From positions 15,193 to 79,192 of the forward strand of contig JAAZVY010000001.1 in assembly GCA_018623195.1 (NCBI GenBank): DNA of 64,000 nt, given 5' to 3'. The position numbers and the translations under genes are program-made. The notes beneath the pieces are model-generated. The model saw only the letters and a list, made by a program, of their open reading frames with translations. It was not told where the DNA came from and did no database searches. Positions 19,513 to 30,047 of this stretch are shown in pieces. The DNA is from Flavobacteriaceae bacterium. Its GTDB lineage: Bacteria; Bacteroidota; Bacteroidia; Flavobacteriales; Flavobacteriaceae. Numbering within the stretch: the stretch's first letter is position 1; each line of letters opens with the position of its first letter.

Positions 19513-21930
19513 ATGGCAAACGAATCTACAACCACCTTTAAAATGTCAACTTTTTTTAAAACCCATGGAATAGCACTTCTTACCTTTCTGCTTATATCCT
19601 GCGTTTTTTATTACCCTGCCTTACAAGGAAAAGTACTCGAGCAATCTGATATTATTCAGTACAACGGAATGGCACATTTGAGAAATGAATTAAGAGCTGC
19701 AGGAGAGGAGTCGTATTACACCCAAAATGCTTTCGGTGGTATGCCTACTTACCAGCTAGGTGCTCAATACGCCTATCAAGGAGTAAAAGCTTTGGACCGT
19801 GTCATTCGATTTTTACCTCGACCTATCGATTATTTATTTCTTTATCTGATATCCTTTTACCTCTTACTATCGAGTTTAAAGATCGATTTTAGACTTTCAA
19901 TGTTAGGCTCTTTAGCCTTTTCTCTAGCTACCTACCATCTAATCATTATTGAAGTAGGTCATAATGCTAAGGCACATGCTATTGGCTATTTTCCATTAGT
20001 TCTGGCTTCATTGCTCTATTTGTTTCGTTCGAGAAAGATCCTACTCCCCACACTATTTCTAACCCTTTCAATGGCTTTAGAATTGGTAGCTAATCACTAT
20101 CAAATGACTTACTACCTCTTTATGCTTATTGGAGTGTATCTGCTTTTTAAAGCGTACGAGGCTATTAGTACGAAAGAAGTAGTAGTGTTTTTAAAAAGGC
20201 TAGGAGTTTTTATAGTATCTATACTTTGGGCAGTACTTCTTAACGCTTCTACGATTTTTGCGACACGACAGTATGCCGAATTCAGTACACGATCGACTCC
20301 AGAAATTTCAATAGAGGGAGCATCGACTAATTCTGGATTGAGCTTTGATTATATTACTACCTATAGTTATGGGATTGCAGAGTCTTTCAATCTTTTCATT
20401 CCAAGACTTTTCGGGGGATCCAATAGTGAACCATTGCCAAAGGGAAGTCACTTGGAATTGCTCTTAGAGAAGTATAATGTTGGCCCAGCAGAAATTGAAA
20501 ATTTCACGAGTAGTGCTCCTCTGTATTTTGGTAGTCAGCCGATCGTTGCTGCTCCTGCCTACCTCGGAGCTTCGGTATTGTTTCTATTTGTTATAGGTCT
20601 GATTACCTTATCCTTTAAAGATTTCAAATGGCTGTACTTTTCAATGCTAATGGCATTGTTTCTATCGTTCGGAAAGAATCTTAGTTTTCTAAGCCATTTA
20701 TTTGTCGATTATTTTCCGCTCTACAACAAGTTTAGAGCAGTTTCCTCAATTCAGGTGATACTCTCTTTCTCGGTACCAATTATTGCCGTTTTGGGGTTAA
20801 GAAAGTGGTTGTTATCTCCAAGTAGCCAATCGTTGATCAGGGCCTTAATGGTCAGTCTTATCATTATTGGTGTAGGTGCACTATTGCCATTTATACTCGG
20901 ATTTTCGGGTGTAAATGACATTAGTTACGAAAGTGCTTATGGTCCAGAATTTATGGATGCGTTACGATCGGATCGAACCGCACTTGCTTTAAAAGATTCG
21001 CTTCGATCTTTCCTTATCATTTTAGTCGTTTGTTCGGTTCTCTACCTATATTCAAAACGAATAAAACAAGGCCTTATTTATTTGGTTCTAGGTGTAGTAT
21101 TGCTTGATTTAGGTGGAGTAGCTTATCGGTACACTTCAGCGGATCATTTTCAATCGAAGCGGGAATTTCAAAACCCAATACCTCTCACCGAGGCGGACAA
21201 AGACATTCAATCAGATACCACTTACTACCGAGTGTTTAATCTTAATGAAGGATTAAACGGTGCAACTACGGCCTATCACCATCGCTCGATTGGGGGATAT
21301 CATGCAGCGAAGCCCGCTTATATTAGTCAAATTTTTGATTATCACATCGCAAACGAAAACTATGAAGTATTAGACTTATTAAACATCAAGTATTTAATAA
21401 GTAACGATGAGGAAGGTAGAAGAATAGCCTCTAATTATCCGAGTTCAAAAGGACCTGTTTGGGTAGCTAGGTCTATTAATTATCAGCCTTCTTTAAAAGA
21501 AAGTTTTTTGAATTTGCCATTAATCAGTCAGTCAGAATCGATAGAGATCAATGAGCCACTCTCATTCGATTATCAGGAGAATCGAACGCTTAGTGAATCT
21601 GAATTTGTAGAAGTTAGTTCGTTTAAAGAGAACCAGATTAATTATAGCTACCAATTAGATTCACCGGCATTCGTGGTATTTTCAGAATGGTACTATTCAC
21701 CTAGCCCTGAAGATTGGGTATTAAGAACTAGTAAGGGCGAATCTCTTAAAATCTATAGAACTAATTATTCTTTTATGGGGGCTATGCTTCCTAAAGGCGA
21801 AGGAGATATAACCTTAAGTTTTGAGCCAAAGATCGTTTCACAAACTCTATGGATTCGAGTCATTGCTCAAATTGGACTTTTGGCTCTTATTTTAGTTGCT
21901 ATCATAGTATATCGTGGGAAAGCTGAATAA
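19513..21930 (+). CDS. YfhO-like polytopic membrane protein (putative glycosyl-transfer or glycan-handling membrane protein)
   Basis: 805 aa with more than 10 predicted transmembrane helices, then an extracytoplasmic domain and a final C-terminal helix. This resembles Bacteroidota YfhO family proteins. Confidence 0.6.
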   Translation: MANESTTTFKMSTFFKTHGIALLTFLLISCVFYYPALQGKVLEQSDIIQYNGMAHLRNELRAAGEESYYTQNAFGGMPTYQLGAQYAYQGVKALDRVIRFLPRPIDYLFLYLISFYLLLSSLKIDFRLSMLGSLAFSLATYHLIIIEVGHNAKAHAIGYFPLVLASLLYLFRSRKILLPTLFLTLSMALELVANHYQMTYYLFMLIGVYLLFKAYEAISTKEVVVFLKRLGVFIVSILWAVLLNASTIFATRQYAEFSTRSTPEISIEGASTNSGLSFDYITTYSYGIAESFNLFIPRLFGGSNSEPLPKGSHLELLLEKYNVGPAEIENFTSSAPLYFGSQPIVAAPAYLGASVLFLFVIGLITLSFKDFKWLYFSMLMALFLSFGKNLSFLSHLFVDYFPLYNKFRAVSSIQVILSFSVPIIAVLGLRKWLLSPSSQSLIRALMVSLIIIGVGALLPFILGFSGVNDISYESAYGPEFMDALRSDRTALALKDSLRSFLIILVVCSVLYLYSKRIKQGLIYLVLGVVLLDLGGVAYRYTSADHFQSKREFQNPIPLTEADKDIQSDTTYYRVFNLNEGLNGATTAYHHRSIGGYHAAKPAYISQIFDYHIANENYEVLDLLNIKYLISNDEEGRRIASNYPSSKGPVWVARSINYQPSLKESFLNLPLISQSESIEINEPLSFDYQENRTLSESEFVEVSSFKENQINYSYQLDSPAFVVFSEWYYSPSPEDWVLRTSKGESLKIYRTNYSFMGAMLPKGEGDITLSFEPKIVSQTLWIRVIAQIGLLALILVAIIVYRGKAE

Positions 21931-23206
21931 AATTATACTGATTTCTTATTATTGGCCACCGTCTGGAGGTCCTGGCGTACAACGCTGGCTTTCGCTGGCC
22001 CATCGGATTCAAGATTCGGGTATGGATTTGACAGTTATTATCCCTGAAAGACCTTTTTACCCGCAAATAGATGAAGATTTAGCTGTTTCTATTTCAAACC
22101 AAATTAAGATGGTAAAAATTCGGTCGATAGAACCTTTGCGATGGATCAATCGACTTTCATTGGGTAAATCAAAACATTTTTCAAAGGGTTTAATCTCTAA
22201 TGAAAATAGTTCCTGGATAAAGAAATTAGCGTTTTGGTTAAGAGCCAATTACTTTTTTCCCGATGCTCGTCTATTTTGGAGCAAGGCGGTGGTTCAATAC
22301 TTAAAAAAGGAGATAGATGGCCCTGTAACTCTTATTACCACCGGACCTCCTCATAGCGCACATTTGGTAGGTTTAAGACTAAAGGGACTCTTTGAATACA
22401 TAAAATGGATTTCAGATTTGCGAGATCCTATTGCAGATCTGGGATATCTGCAATTACTCCCATTGACCGAAAATACTAAGCATAAACATCAACGTCTTGA
22501 AAAATCGATTATTAGTCAAAGTGATGCCATTATAACCACCAGCTTTTCGTTAACTAAACATTTATCAGAGCGACACAAAGAATACAGCGGAAAGATAAAA
22601 TGCATCACTAATGGATATGATGGGAATCTTATCGAAAATGATCATGCTCCTGAAGGATTCTATTTGGTTCATTCAGGATCACTTTTTGCTCATCGTAATT
22701 CAGTTAATCTTTGGCAAACGATAAGTGAAAGGATTAAGAATAGTAAAGATTGGAGGGTTCATTTGAAAATCTTTCTAGTGGGAGAGGTCTCTAAGGAAGT
22801 CAAGCATACGCTGATTAATCTAGGTCTAGAACCCTATGTGGAGTTTTTAGGGTATCAAACCAAAGAATATTGTGAGCAGTTAGAGCGAAATGCAGCCTGT
22901 TTACTTCTTCTTGAATCCTCAGTTGCTGGATATAATTACGCGATTCCCGGAAAATTATTTAATTACCTAAAAGCTAGAAGACCTATTTTGGCTATTGGTC
23001 CTGAAAATTGGGATGTTCAGAAAATTTTAAATTCTAAAGACCTACATTTAGTTACCACTGATAGTAAGCTAGCTGTAGGATCTTATCTAGACCTCATATT
23101 TTCTCGGTACCTTTCCAATGAGAGTATGATTGTAAACAACGACATTTCTGCGTATAGCCGTTCTTTTACTGCAGAGCAATATGTAAAACTTATAAAGGCG
23201 TTATGA
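21914..23206 (+). CDS. glycosyltransferase (GT4-like, GT-B fold)
   Basis: 430 aa. The N-terminus ILISYYWPPSGGPGVQRW is typical of a conserved Bacteroidota glycosyltransferase family, and the C-terminal half is Rossmann-like. It has a GTG start and overlaps the upstream gene by 17 nt. Confidence 0.65.
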   Translation: MGKLNKIILISYYWPPSGGPGVQRWLSLAHRIQDSGMDLTVIIPERPFYPQIDEDLAVSISNQIKMVKIRSIEPLRWINRLSLGKSKHFSKGLISNENSSWIKKLAFWLRANYFFPDARLFWSKAVVQYLKKEIDGPVTLITTGPPHSAHLVGLRLKGLFEYIKWISDLRDPIADLGYLQLLPLTENTKHKHQRLEKSIISQSDAIITTSFSLTKHLSERHKEYSGKIKCITNGYDGNLIENDHAPEGFYLVHSGSLFAHRNSVNLWQTISERIKNSKDWRVHLKIFLVGEVSKEVKHTLINLGLEPYVEFLGYQTKEYCEQLERNAACLLLLESSVAGYNYAIPGKLFNYLKARRPILAIGPENWDVQKILNSKDLHLVTTDSKLAVGSYLDLIFSRYLSNESMIVNNDISAYSRSFTAEQYVKLIKAL

Positions 23207-24618
23207 ATAGAACTTCTATTCAATCGAGCGGTCTAACCCTTTTTGGCTTTATTCTTGGAGCATTAAACACCCTTGTGCTTTATACCCGATTAGTAGGTGT
23301 AGAACAATACGGTACGATAGCTTTTATTCTAGCCTCAGCTACGCTCATTTCACCCTTTATAAGTCTAGGTATGCCTCAAGGGCTACTCCGATTTTACGAT
23401 TCGATTACCCCTGTTGAAAGACCCCGTTTATTAGGTTTTACTATACTTTCAATCACTCTGATTAGTTCAATTTTATTTAGTGTCGTTTATTTCTTTCATG
23501 GATGGTTAGGCCAATACTCCGAGGCTGTTAATAATCTCTCCTTATATGAGTCTATCACGATCTTGGCTATTGCATTATCGATGGGAGTGTTCGAGCTTGG
23601 TTTTGCTCTGGCTAAGCTTCAATTTAAACCACGATTCGGTGTTTTTTTAAAAGAAGTATATCCTCGTTTACTGATAACGCTATACCTGATTCATCTTATT
23701 TGGTCTGATTTTAATTGGAGTGGGTTTATTCTGTTTTTATTAATGAGTTATTTAACCCGAGCACTACTCATATGGATCACAGCTTTAAAAATATCGGGAA
23801 TCTTACCCTCCTTTAATTTTAAAGGTTTAAGACTGAATACGATACTTAGCTACTCGTTGTTGGTATTACTAGGGAGTTCTTTAAGTCTGTTCTTTTTAGA
23901 GGTAGATAAAGTAATGCTGTTCGAATTGATGACTGCCTCTGAGGTGGCTAATTATACCGTAGCTGTTTTTATCGCAACCACCGTTGCAATTCCGTTTAGA
24001 GGTTTTTTACCCCTATATGGCCCTAAAACAGCCCGCTCTTACCACCAAGACAGTAATTCGTTTCCTATCGCTGATGAATTAAAAAGTGCTAACGATCAAA
24101 TTTTGGATCTTAGTTCACTTATTGTTCTATTGTTGTTGGCTGTATTACCTTTGATTCAATTCGTTCTGCCCACTGAGTTTGAAAAGGGTTTGGACCTAAT
24201 TCCCATTTTAATTTTCGCCAAATTTATCGACGCTATTTCAGGCTTGACCACACCGCTATTCCAATACTCTAAACTTTATTCAAAGTATCTTGTTTTAAGC
24301 ATTTTGATGTTTGCTTTATTGGTACTTACCAACCTTTGGTTGATCCCTTTATACGGTCTTAAAGGTGCCGCCTTTGCTACAGCGCTAACATTTTGTGTTT
24401 TCTCCACATTAAAACATTGGTTCGCATGGAGATGGTTTCGAATAGCATTGGTAAGCCGAGACTACTTTTGGCCAATCATAGCGATTATTTTATCTAGTTT
24501 GGCATGGATTCTAATCGCGGCTTTAGCGATTTATGTTTCTATCGGATTATTAGCGATTTTTCTAATACACCTTAACCAAAAGGGAAAACTTCGAGAACTT
24601 TTTAAATCTTTAATCTAA
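23203..24618 (+). CDS. polysaccharide biosynthesis / oligosaccharide flippase family membrane protein (MOP/Wzx-like)
   Basis: 471 aa with about 12-14 hydrophobic helices. An ATGA start/stop overlap couples it to the glycosyltransferase gene. Confidence 0.65.
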   Translation: MNRTSIQSSGLTLFGFILGALNTLVLYTRLVGVEQYGTIAFILASATLISPFISLGMPQGLLRFYDSITPVERPRLLGFTILSITLISSILFSVVYFFHGWLGQYSEAVNNLSLYESITILAIALSMGVFELGFALAKLQFKPRFGVFLKEVYPRLLITLYLIHLIWSDFNWSGFILFLLMSYLTRALLIWITALKISGILPSFNFKGLRLNTILSYSLLVLLGSSLSLFFLEVDKVMLFELMTASEVANYTVAVFIATTVAIPFRGFLPLYGPKTARSYHQDSNSFPIADELKSANDQILDLSSLIVLLLLAVLPLIQFVLPTEFEKGLDLIPILIFAKFIDAISGLTTPLFQYSKLYSKYLVLSILMFALLVLTNLWLIPLYGLKGAAFATALTFCVFSTLKHWFAWRWFRIALVSRDYFWPIIAIILSSLAWILIAALAIYVSIGLLAIFLIHLNQKGKLRELFKSLI

Positions 24619-27361
24619 GGTACTCAGCGGTATACGAATCCTCACACAATGCCACTTCTTCAGGAGTTCCAACGGTGAGTAATTGTCCACCCTTAGTTCC
24701 TCCCACGGGTCCTAAATCAATGATATGATCGGCACATTTTATAAGATCAAGATGGTGTTCGACAACAATAACCGTATGTCCGTTCGCAATAAGAGCAGTA
24801 AATGAATTTAAAAGGAGCTTGATGTCGTGAAAGTGTAATCCTGTGGTTGGTTCATCAAATATGAAAAGGGTTCGAGAACTATTATTTCCTTTACTAAGAA
24901 ATGATGCTAGTTTAATTCTCTGAGCCTCACCACCAGATAAAGTGGCAGAAGACTGCCCGAGCTGAACATACCCTAGGCCTACATCGATTAGCGGTTTTAG
25001 CTTTCTTGCAATTTTATACTCACCGTGAGTTTCAAAAAAATCATATGCTTCTTGCACCGTGAGTTTTAAAAGATCATGAATATTCTTTTCTTGGAATTGA
25101 ACCTCAAGAACTTCTTCTTTGAATCGAGTTCCTTTACAGGCCTCGCAGGTGAGCACAACATCGGCCATAAACTGCATTTCTACAGTTACCTCACCGTCAC
25201 CCTTGCATTGATCACAACGTCCGCCATCAATATTAAATGAGAAATGTTTTGCCTTAAACTGATTGAGCTTGCTTCTCTTTTGACGTGCCATTAACTCTCT
25301 AATATCATCATACGCTTTGATATAAGTAACTGGGTTCGATCGTGAAGAGCGTCCGATAGGGTTTTGATCGACCATTTCAATGGCTTCAATTCTCTTTAAA
25401 CTTCCACCGATATGATCGTGTTCCAAGGCTTTAGGACCATGACCTTGAAGGTGTTTTAAGAGGGCAGGATAAAGAATACCTCTGATGAGAGTACTTTTTC
25501 CACTACCTGAAACACCAGTTACAACGGTTAGGCAATCTAATGGAATGCTTACGTCAATGTTTTTTAAGTTATGTGCACGTGCGCCTTTTATATCGATAAA
25601 GTATTTGGGCTTTATGCGTTTTTCAGGGACGGGTATTTCTAAGCTTCCGGTTAAGTATTTGGCGGTAAGAGCGTCTGATTTTAAAAATTGTTCAGGTGTT
25701 CCTTCGGCAACCACTTCACCTCCCAAGCTACCGGCTAAGGGTCCAATATCAATGAGATAATCGGCAGACTTCATGATATCCTCATCATGTTCTACTAAAA
25801 TCACAGTGTTTCCTAAATCTCTAAGGTCTTGCAGAACTTCGATGATTTGATGTGTATCCTTCGAGTGTAAACCAATAGTAGGTTCATCAAGAATATACAT
25901 GGATCCGACAAGGCTACTTCCAATAGCATTTGCAAGATGTATACGCTGGCTTTCACCACCCGATAAGGTACTTGATTTTCTATTAAGGGTTAAGTAACCC
26001 AATCCTACCTTAACTAGGTACTCTAATCTAGAAGTGATCTCGATGATTATTCGCTCGGATACCGCTCTATCATGTTCGTTTAGATTGACGGCTCTTATCC
26101 AATCGAGTAAATCCTCAGCAGGCATTAATAGTAGTTCGGCAATACTTTTGTCAGCAATCTTAACGTAAGAAGCTTCTTTACGAAGACGTTTTCCTTCACA
26201 TTCTGGACACTCTGATCGACCGCGATATCTGGAAAGAAGTACACGGTTTTGAATTTTATAGTTTTTTTCTTCGATTTTTTCGAAAAATGCATCGATTCCT
26301 GTGAATAACTTTCGCTCTTTCCAAATAATCAATTTCGTTTCATCGCTAAGCTCAAACCAAGGCTTGTGTATGGAGATGCCAACGGATGCGGCTTTAGCTA
26401 TTAGTTTATCCTTATACCTTACAAATCGATCGGTATTCCATGGAGCAATGGCTCCTTCATAAATTGACAGACCGGTATTAGGAATGACAAGGGTAGGGTC
26501 AATACCAATTAAATCTCCGTATCCTTCACATTTTTTACAAGCCCCTAATGGATTATTAAAACTAAATAGATGAATAGTAGGCTGATCGAAAGTGATACCA
26601 TCCTTTTCGAAACGATCATTGAATAGCTGTTTCAAATCAGTATCCATTGATTCAATGTGTAAGGTGCCTTTACCTTCGAAAAAGGCGTTGTCAACTGCTG
26701 CTGAAAGACGATTTTTAAAATCTTCATCTTCCTTTCTGACGATGATTCGGTCGACTACCAACTCGAAATCCCCTTTAAAATTCTCAGGTAATTGATCAAT
26801 TCGGTAAACCTTATCCTGATATTTCACTCGAGCAAAACCTGCTTCTGAATATAATTGAGCAAGTTTATGAGCCTCTCTTTTTTCTCCAGTATGTATGGGT
26901 GCAATGAGTAGCCATTTAGAGCCCTCCTCCTGGGAAATTACAAAATCAACAACATCAGAAACCGTATCACGTTTGACAAGTTCTCCAGAAATAGGAGAGT
27001 AGGTTTTTCCAATCCTAGCATATAAGAGCTTTAAGTAGTCGTAGATTTCTGTAGTCGATCCTACAATTGAACGAGGATTTGAATTGGTTACCTTTTGCTC
27101 AATGGCAATTGCTGGGGCTATACCTGTTATATGATCCACCTTCGGCTTGTCTAACTTTCCTAAGAATTGTCGTGCGTAGCTTGATAAACTTTCTACATAT
27201 CTACGCTGCCCTTCAGCGTAAAGAGTGTCGAAGGCTAAAGATGATTTACCAGAACCCGATAGACCAGTGATTACGGTAAAACTATTGCGGGGTATCCGTA
27301 CATCAATATTTTTCAGATTGTGGAGTCGAGCTCCTTTGATGTGTATGTGACTAGCTTTCAA
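24602..27361 (-). CDS. uvrA: excinuclease ABC subunit A
   Basis: 919 aa. N-terminus is [48 protein letters not shown]. Zinc modules are present ([26 protein letters not shown]...CEACKGTRF), with a second ABC module ([17 protein letters not shown]). Confidence 0.95.
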   Translation of the reverse strand: MKASHIHIKGARLHNLKNIDVRIPRNSFTVITGLSGSGKSSLAFDTLYAEGQRRYVESLSSYARQFLGKLDKPKVDHITGIAPAIAIEQKVTNSNPRSIVGSTTEIYDYLKLLYARIGKTYSPISGELVKRDTVSDVVDFVISQEEGSKWLLIAPIHTGEKREAHKLAQLYSEAGFARVKYQDKVYRIDQLPENFKGDFELVVDRIIVRKEDEDFKNRLSAAVDNAFFEGKGTLHIESMDTDLKQLFNDRFEKDGITFDQPTIHLFSFNNPLGACKKCEGYGDLIGIDPTLVIPNTGLSIYEGAIAPWNTDRFVRYKDKLIAKAASVGISIHKPWFELSDETKLIIWKERKLFTGIDAFFEKIEEKNYKIQNRVLLSRYRGRSECPECEGKRLRKEASYVKIADKSIAELLLMPAEDLLDWIRAVNLNEHDRAVSERIIIEITSRLEYLVKVGLGYLTLNRKSSTLSGGESQRIHLANAIGSSLVGSMYILDEPTIGLHSKDTHQIIEVLQDLRDLGNTVILVEHDEDIMKSADYLIDIGPLAGSLGGEVVAEGTPEQFLKSDALTAKYLTGSLEIPVPEKRIKPKYFIDIKGARAHNLKNIDVSIPLDCLTVVTGVSGSGKSTLIRGILYPALLKHLQGHGPKALEHDHIGGSLKRIEAIEMVDQNPIGRSSRSNPVTYIKAYDDIRELMARQKRSKLNQFKAKHFSFNIDGGRCDQCKGDGEVTVEMQFMADVVLTCEACKGTRFKEEVLEVQFQEKNIHDLLKLTVQEAYDFFETHGEYKIARKLKPLIDVGLGYVQLGQSSATLSGGEAQRIKLASFLSKGNNSSRTLFIFDEPTTGLHFHDIKLLLNSFTALIANGHTVIVVEHHLDLIKCADHIIDLGPVGGTKGGQLLTVGTPEEVALCEDSYTAEYLRLKI

Positions 27362-28014
27362 GACTTCGACTTTAAATACTGATTGATGACTGATTTTCTA
27401 CCGATGGTCTTGGTGATGATGTCTTCTTCCAAATTCCATCCTCGAGCCGGAGAGTATTCCCGTCCATACCAAATAATCTGTAGATGGAGATCATTCCATT
27501 TATCTTTAGGAAAAAGACGCTTTGCGTCTTTTTCAGTCTGAACCACATTCTTGCCGTTTGAGAAGCCCCAACGATACATTAATCGATGAATATGCGTGTC
27601 AACAGGAAAGGCTGGTACTCCAAAGGCCTGTGAAACTACCACACTTGCAGTTTTATGACCAACAGCTGGTAATTGCTCTAATGCCTCTAAATCATTGGGT
27701 ACTTCGCCTTGGTATTTATCGATGAGAATTTGAGATAATCCGTGTATACCTTTAGATTTCATAGGAGATAACCCAACGGGTTTAATAATCTCTCTTATTT
27801 CTTCTACGCTCATCTTTACCATATCGTATGGGTTGTCTGCTCTTTCGAAAAGGAGCGGAGTAATCTGATTAACTCGTACATCGGTACTTTGAGCTGATAA
27901 CAGAACAGCAACTAATAAAGTATAGGGGTCTTTGTGATCAAGAGGTATAGGAATTTCAGGATATAATTTTTCGAGAGTTTCCATACAGAAATCCACTTTT
28001 TCACTCTTAGTCAT
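27358..28014 (-). CDS. nth: endonuclease III-like HhH-GPD DNA glycosylase lacking the Fe-S cluster cysteines
   Basis: 218 aa. The HhH motif with catalytic Lys (LPAVGHKTASVV) and the catalytic Asp context (VDTHIHR) are present. The protein has only one Cys (residue 10), so there is no C-X6-C-X2-C-X5-C motif. It overlaps uvrA by 4 nt. Confidence 0.85.
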   Translation of the reverse strand: MTKSEKVDFCMETLEKLYPEIPIPLDHKDPYTLLVAVLLSAQSTDVRVNQITPLLFERADNPYDMVKMSVEEIREIIKPVGLSPMKSKGIHGLSQILIDKYQGEVPNDLEALEQLPAVGHKTASVVVSQAFGVPAFPVDTHIHRLMYRWGFSNGKNVVQTEKDAKRLFPKDKWNDLHLQIIWYGREYSPARGWNLEEDIITKTIGRKSVINQYLKSKS

Positions 28015-28032
28015 AAATCGGTAACTTTATAA

Positions 28033-28040
28033 CAAAAATA
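28033..28040 (-). promoter_or_regulatory. possible -7 box (TATTTTTG on the minus strand) upstream of nth
   Basis: Exact TAnnTTTG match, 19 nt upstream of the nth ATG at 28014, in a 29-nt divergent gap. Confidence 0.3.
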
Positions 28041-28043
28041 GTT

Positions 28044-28505
28044 ATGAATACACTTAAAGTAGGAGATAAGGCTCCTGAATTTCAGGTTTTAAATCAAAAT
28101 GAAAACCTCGTAAAAAGTTCTGACCTAAACGGAAGGGCTTATATTCTTTTCTTTTACCCTAGAGCAAGTACCCCAGGATGCACTGCCGAAGCATGCAGTT
28201 TAAATGATAAATTTTCAGAATTAAGGGAAAAAGGATTTGAGATTTTCGGAGTTAGTGAGGATACTCCTGCAAAACAAATGAAGTTCAAGGAGAAATATGG
28301 ATTCACCTATGACTTACTTGCCGATACCGAACATCAGTTAATTGATGCTTATGGCGTATGGGGGCCTAAAAAGTTCATGGGTAAAGAATACGATGGGCTA
28401 CATCGCACTACATTTATTGTAGATGCCAATGGAATCATTAGTCACGTAATCAGTAAGGTTAGAACCAAGGATCACGCAAACCAAATTCTTGAACTCTTAG
28501 GATAA
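28044..28505 (+). CDS. bcp: thioredoxin-dependent thiol peroxidase (peroxiredoxin Q/BCP)
   Basis: 153 aa. The peroxidatic and resolving Cys context is FFYPRASTPGCTAEAC, in an AhpC/TSA fold. Confidence 0.9.
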   Translation: MNTLKVGDKAPEFQVLNQNENLVKSSDLNGRAYILFFYPRASTPGCTAEACSLNDKFSELREKGFEIFGVSEDTPAKQMKFKEKYGFTYDLLADTEHQLIDAYGVWGPKKFMGKEYDGLHRTTFIVDANGIISHVISKVRTKDHANQILELLG

Positions 28506-29972
28506 AATATTTTTGTAGGGAAAAATCTCTTCTGAAACTTTAATGTTTTTGAAGAGGTTTTTTTCTTTAATAATATCTGCAATTCCTTCAGGTAACATCT
28601 CTTCCCATCCCGGTTGATTATCAGCAATTTTCTGAAGTATTTCTCTCGAAAAGATGTCTAAATTTTTCTCATCGAAATCTTCAATGTCTTTCACTTTTCC
28701 GTTGTGCTTAAAGAATTTATAGAGATCTTTCATTCGAGGATGAACCTTGATATTGTCACTATTTAAAATAGAACCAGTACTCGGGTCTTTCATGGGATAG
28801 AGGTAGACTTTTACATTCTTGAAGAACAACTTTCCAAATGCCTCTAGAATTCCCCCACTTAAGTGTCGATAATACTTCTCGTCAAATACATCTATAAGGT
28901 TGTTCAGCCCCATCGTTAAACCAATGCGGTTTTTAGTGTATTTGTGGAAGTATTCAACCAGTTTATAGTATTCTTGAAATTTAGAAATCATTACCGTATG
29001 CCCTAGTGAACTCAATAGTTCTGCTCGAGCTAGGAAGTCTTTTTCATCGATATCACCATGCGCCTTAAGGTTATCGAGAGTGATTTCGAAAATAACCTCG
29101 GTATTCTTTTGATTCACCTTTTCTTCGGTCATGAAAATCTTACTCGATTTATTCAGCATATCGATGTTGACTCGAGTAACCGGTCTAAAACTACCGCGTA
29201 ATGCGAGGATGTTCTTTTTATAGAGCAAAGCAGCAGGTAAAAGGTTATTACCATCAGGACCAAACATTACCGCTTCAGTCATATTGTTTTTGATCAGCTG
29301 TAAACTCATTAATCGATTGTCTACCTGCTCAAAATGAGGACCAGAGAAATTAATCATGTCAATCTCTAAGGTGTCTTTGTCAATATGATCGTATAGATAT
29401 TTGAGTAGTTTTTTTGGTTCGTAATGCTTGTAAAAGGCGCCGTAGATTAAATTAACACCTACAATACCGCATGTTTCCTGCTGTAATCTAGCTTCATTTT
29501 GTTTGAAACGAACGTGCAAAATGATCTCATTGTACACCTTTTGATTCGGTTCTAATTGAAATTTAATCCCTAACCAACCATGACCTTTATACCTTTTTGA
29601 GAAATCGATGGTCGCTACCGTATTAGCATAAGTGAAAAAGAGATAATCGGAATTCTGAGATTTATCAATACGCTCCTCGAGTAGATTCGTTTCGTGAGAA
29701 AGCATTTTTCGAAGTCGAGATTCGGTCACATATCTCCCGTCGTGTTCAGTGCCATAAATGGCGTCGCTAAATGATTTGTCATAAGCGCTCATTGCTTTGG
29801 CAATCGTTCCAGAAGCACCACCAGCTCTGAAAAAATGGCGTGCAGTCTCTTGACCTGCACCAATCTCGGCAAATGAACCGTAAATATCTTTGTTTAAGTT
29901 AATGCGAAGGGTTTTGTCCTGAATGGATGGGACTACTTCGTACTCACTTTCTCGAAAAACAATTCTACTCAT
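28497..29972 (-). CDS. conserved hypothetical cytoplasmic protein of unknown function
   Basis: 491-aa ORF with no signal peptide or transmembrane segment. It has a strongly patterned N-terminus (GSFAEIGAGQETARHFFRAGGASGTIAKAMSAYDKSFSDAIYG). I cannot assign a family. Confidence 0.6.
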   Translation of the reverse strand: MSRIVFRESEYEVVPSIQDKTLRINLNKDIYGSFAEIGAGQETARHFFRAGGASGTIAKAMSAYDKSFSDAIYGTEHDGRYVTESRLRKMLSHETNLLEERIDKSQNSDYLFFTYANTVATIDFSKRYKGHGWLGIKFQLEPNQKVYNEIILHVRFKQNEARLQQETCGIVGVNLIYGAFYKHYEPKKLLKYLYDHIDKDTLEIDMINFSGPHFEQVDNRLMSLQLIKNNMTEAVMFGPDGNNLLPAALLYKKNILALRGSFRPVTRVNIDMLNKSSKIFMTEEKVNQKNTEVIFEITLDNLKAHGDIDEKDFLARAELLSSLGHTVMISKFQEYYKLVEYFHKYTKNRIGLTMGLNNLIDVFDEKYYRHLSGGILEAFGKLFFKNVKVYLYPMKDPSTGSILNSDNIKVHPRMKDLYKFFKHNGKVKDIEDFDEKNLDIFSREILQKIADNQPGWEEMLPEGIADIIKEKNLFKNIKVSEEIFPYKNILS

Positions 29973-29992
29973 GGTTAATGTAGCTAACGTTA

Positions 29993-30000
29993 CAAAGGTA
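29993..30000 (-). promoter_or_regulatory. possible -7 box (TACCTTTG on the minus strand)
   Basis: Exact TAnnTTTG match, 21 nt upstream of the ATG at 29972. Confidence 0.35.
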
Positions 30001-30047
30001 ACAAGTAATCGAGTGAATGCTTAGAAATTTAACGCTAATTTTAGGGT

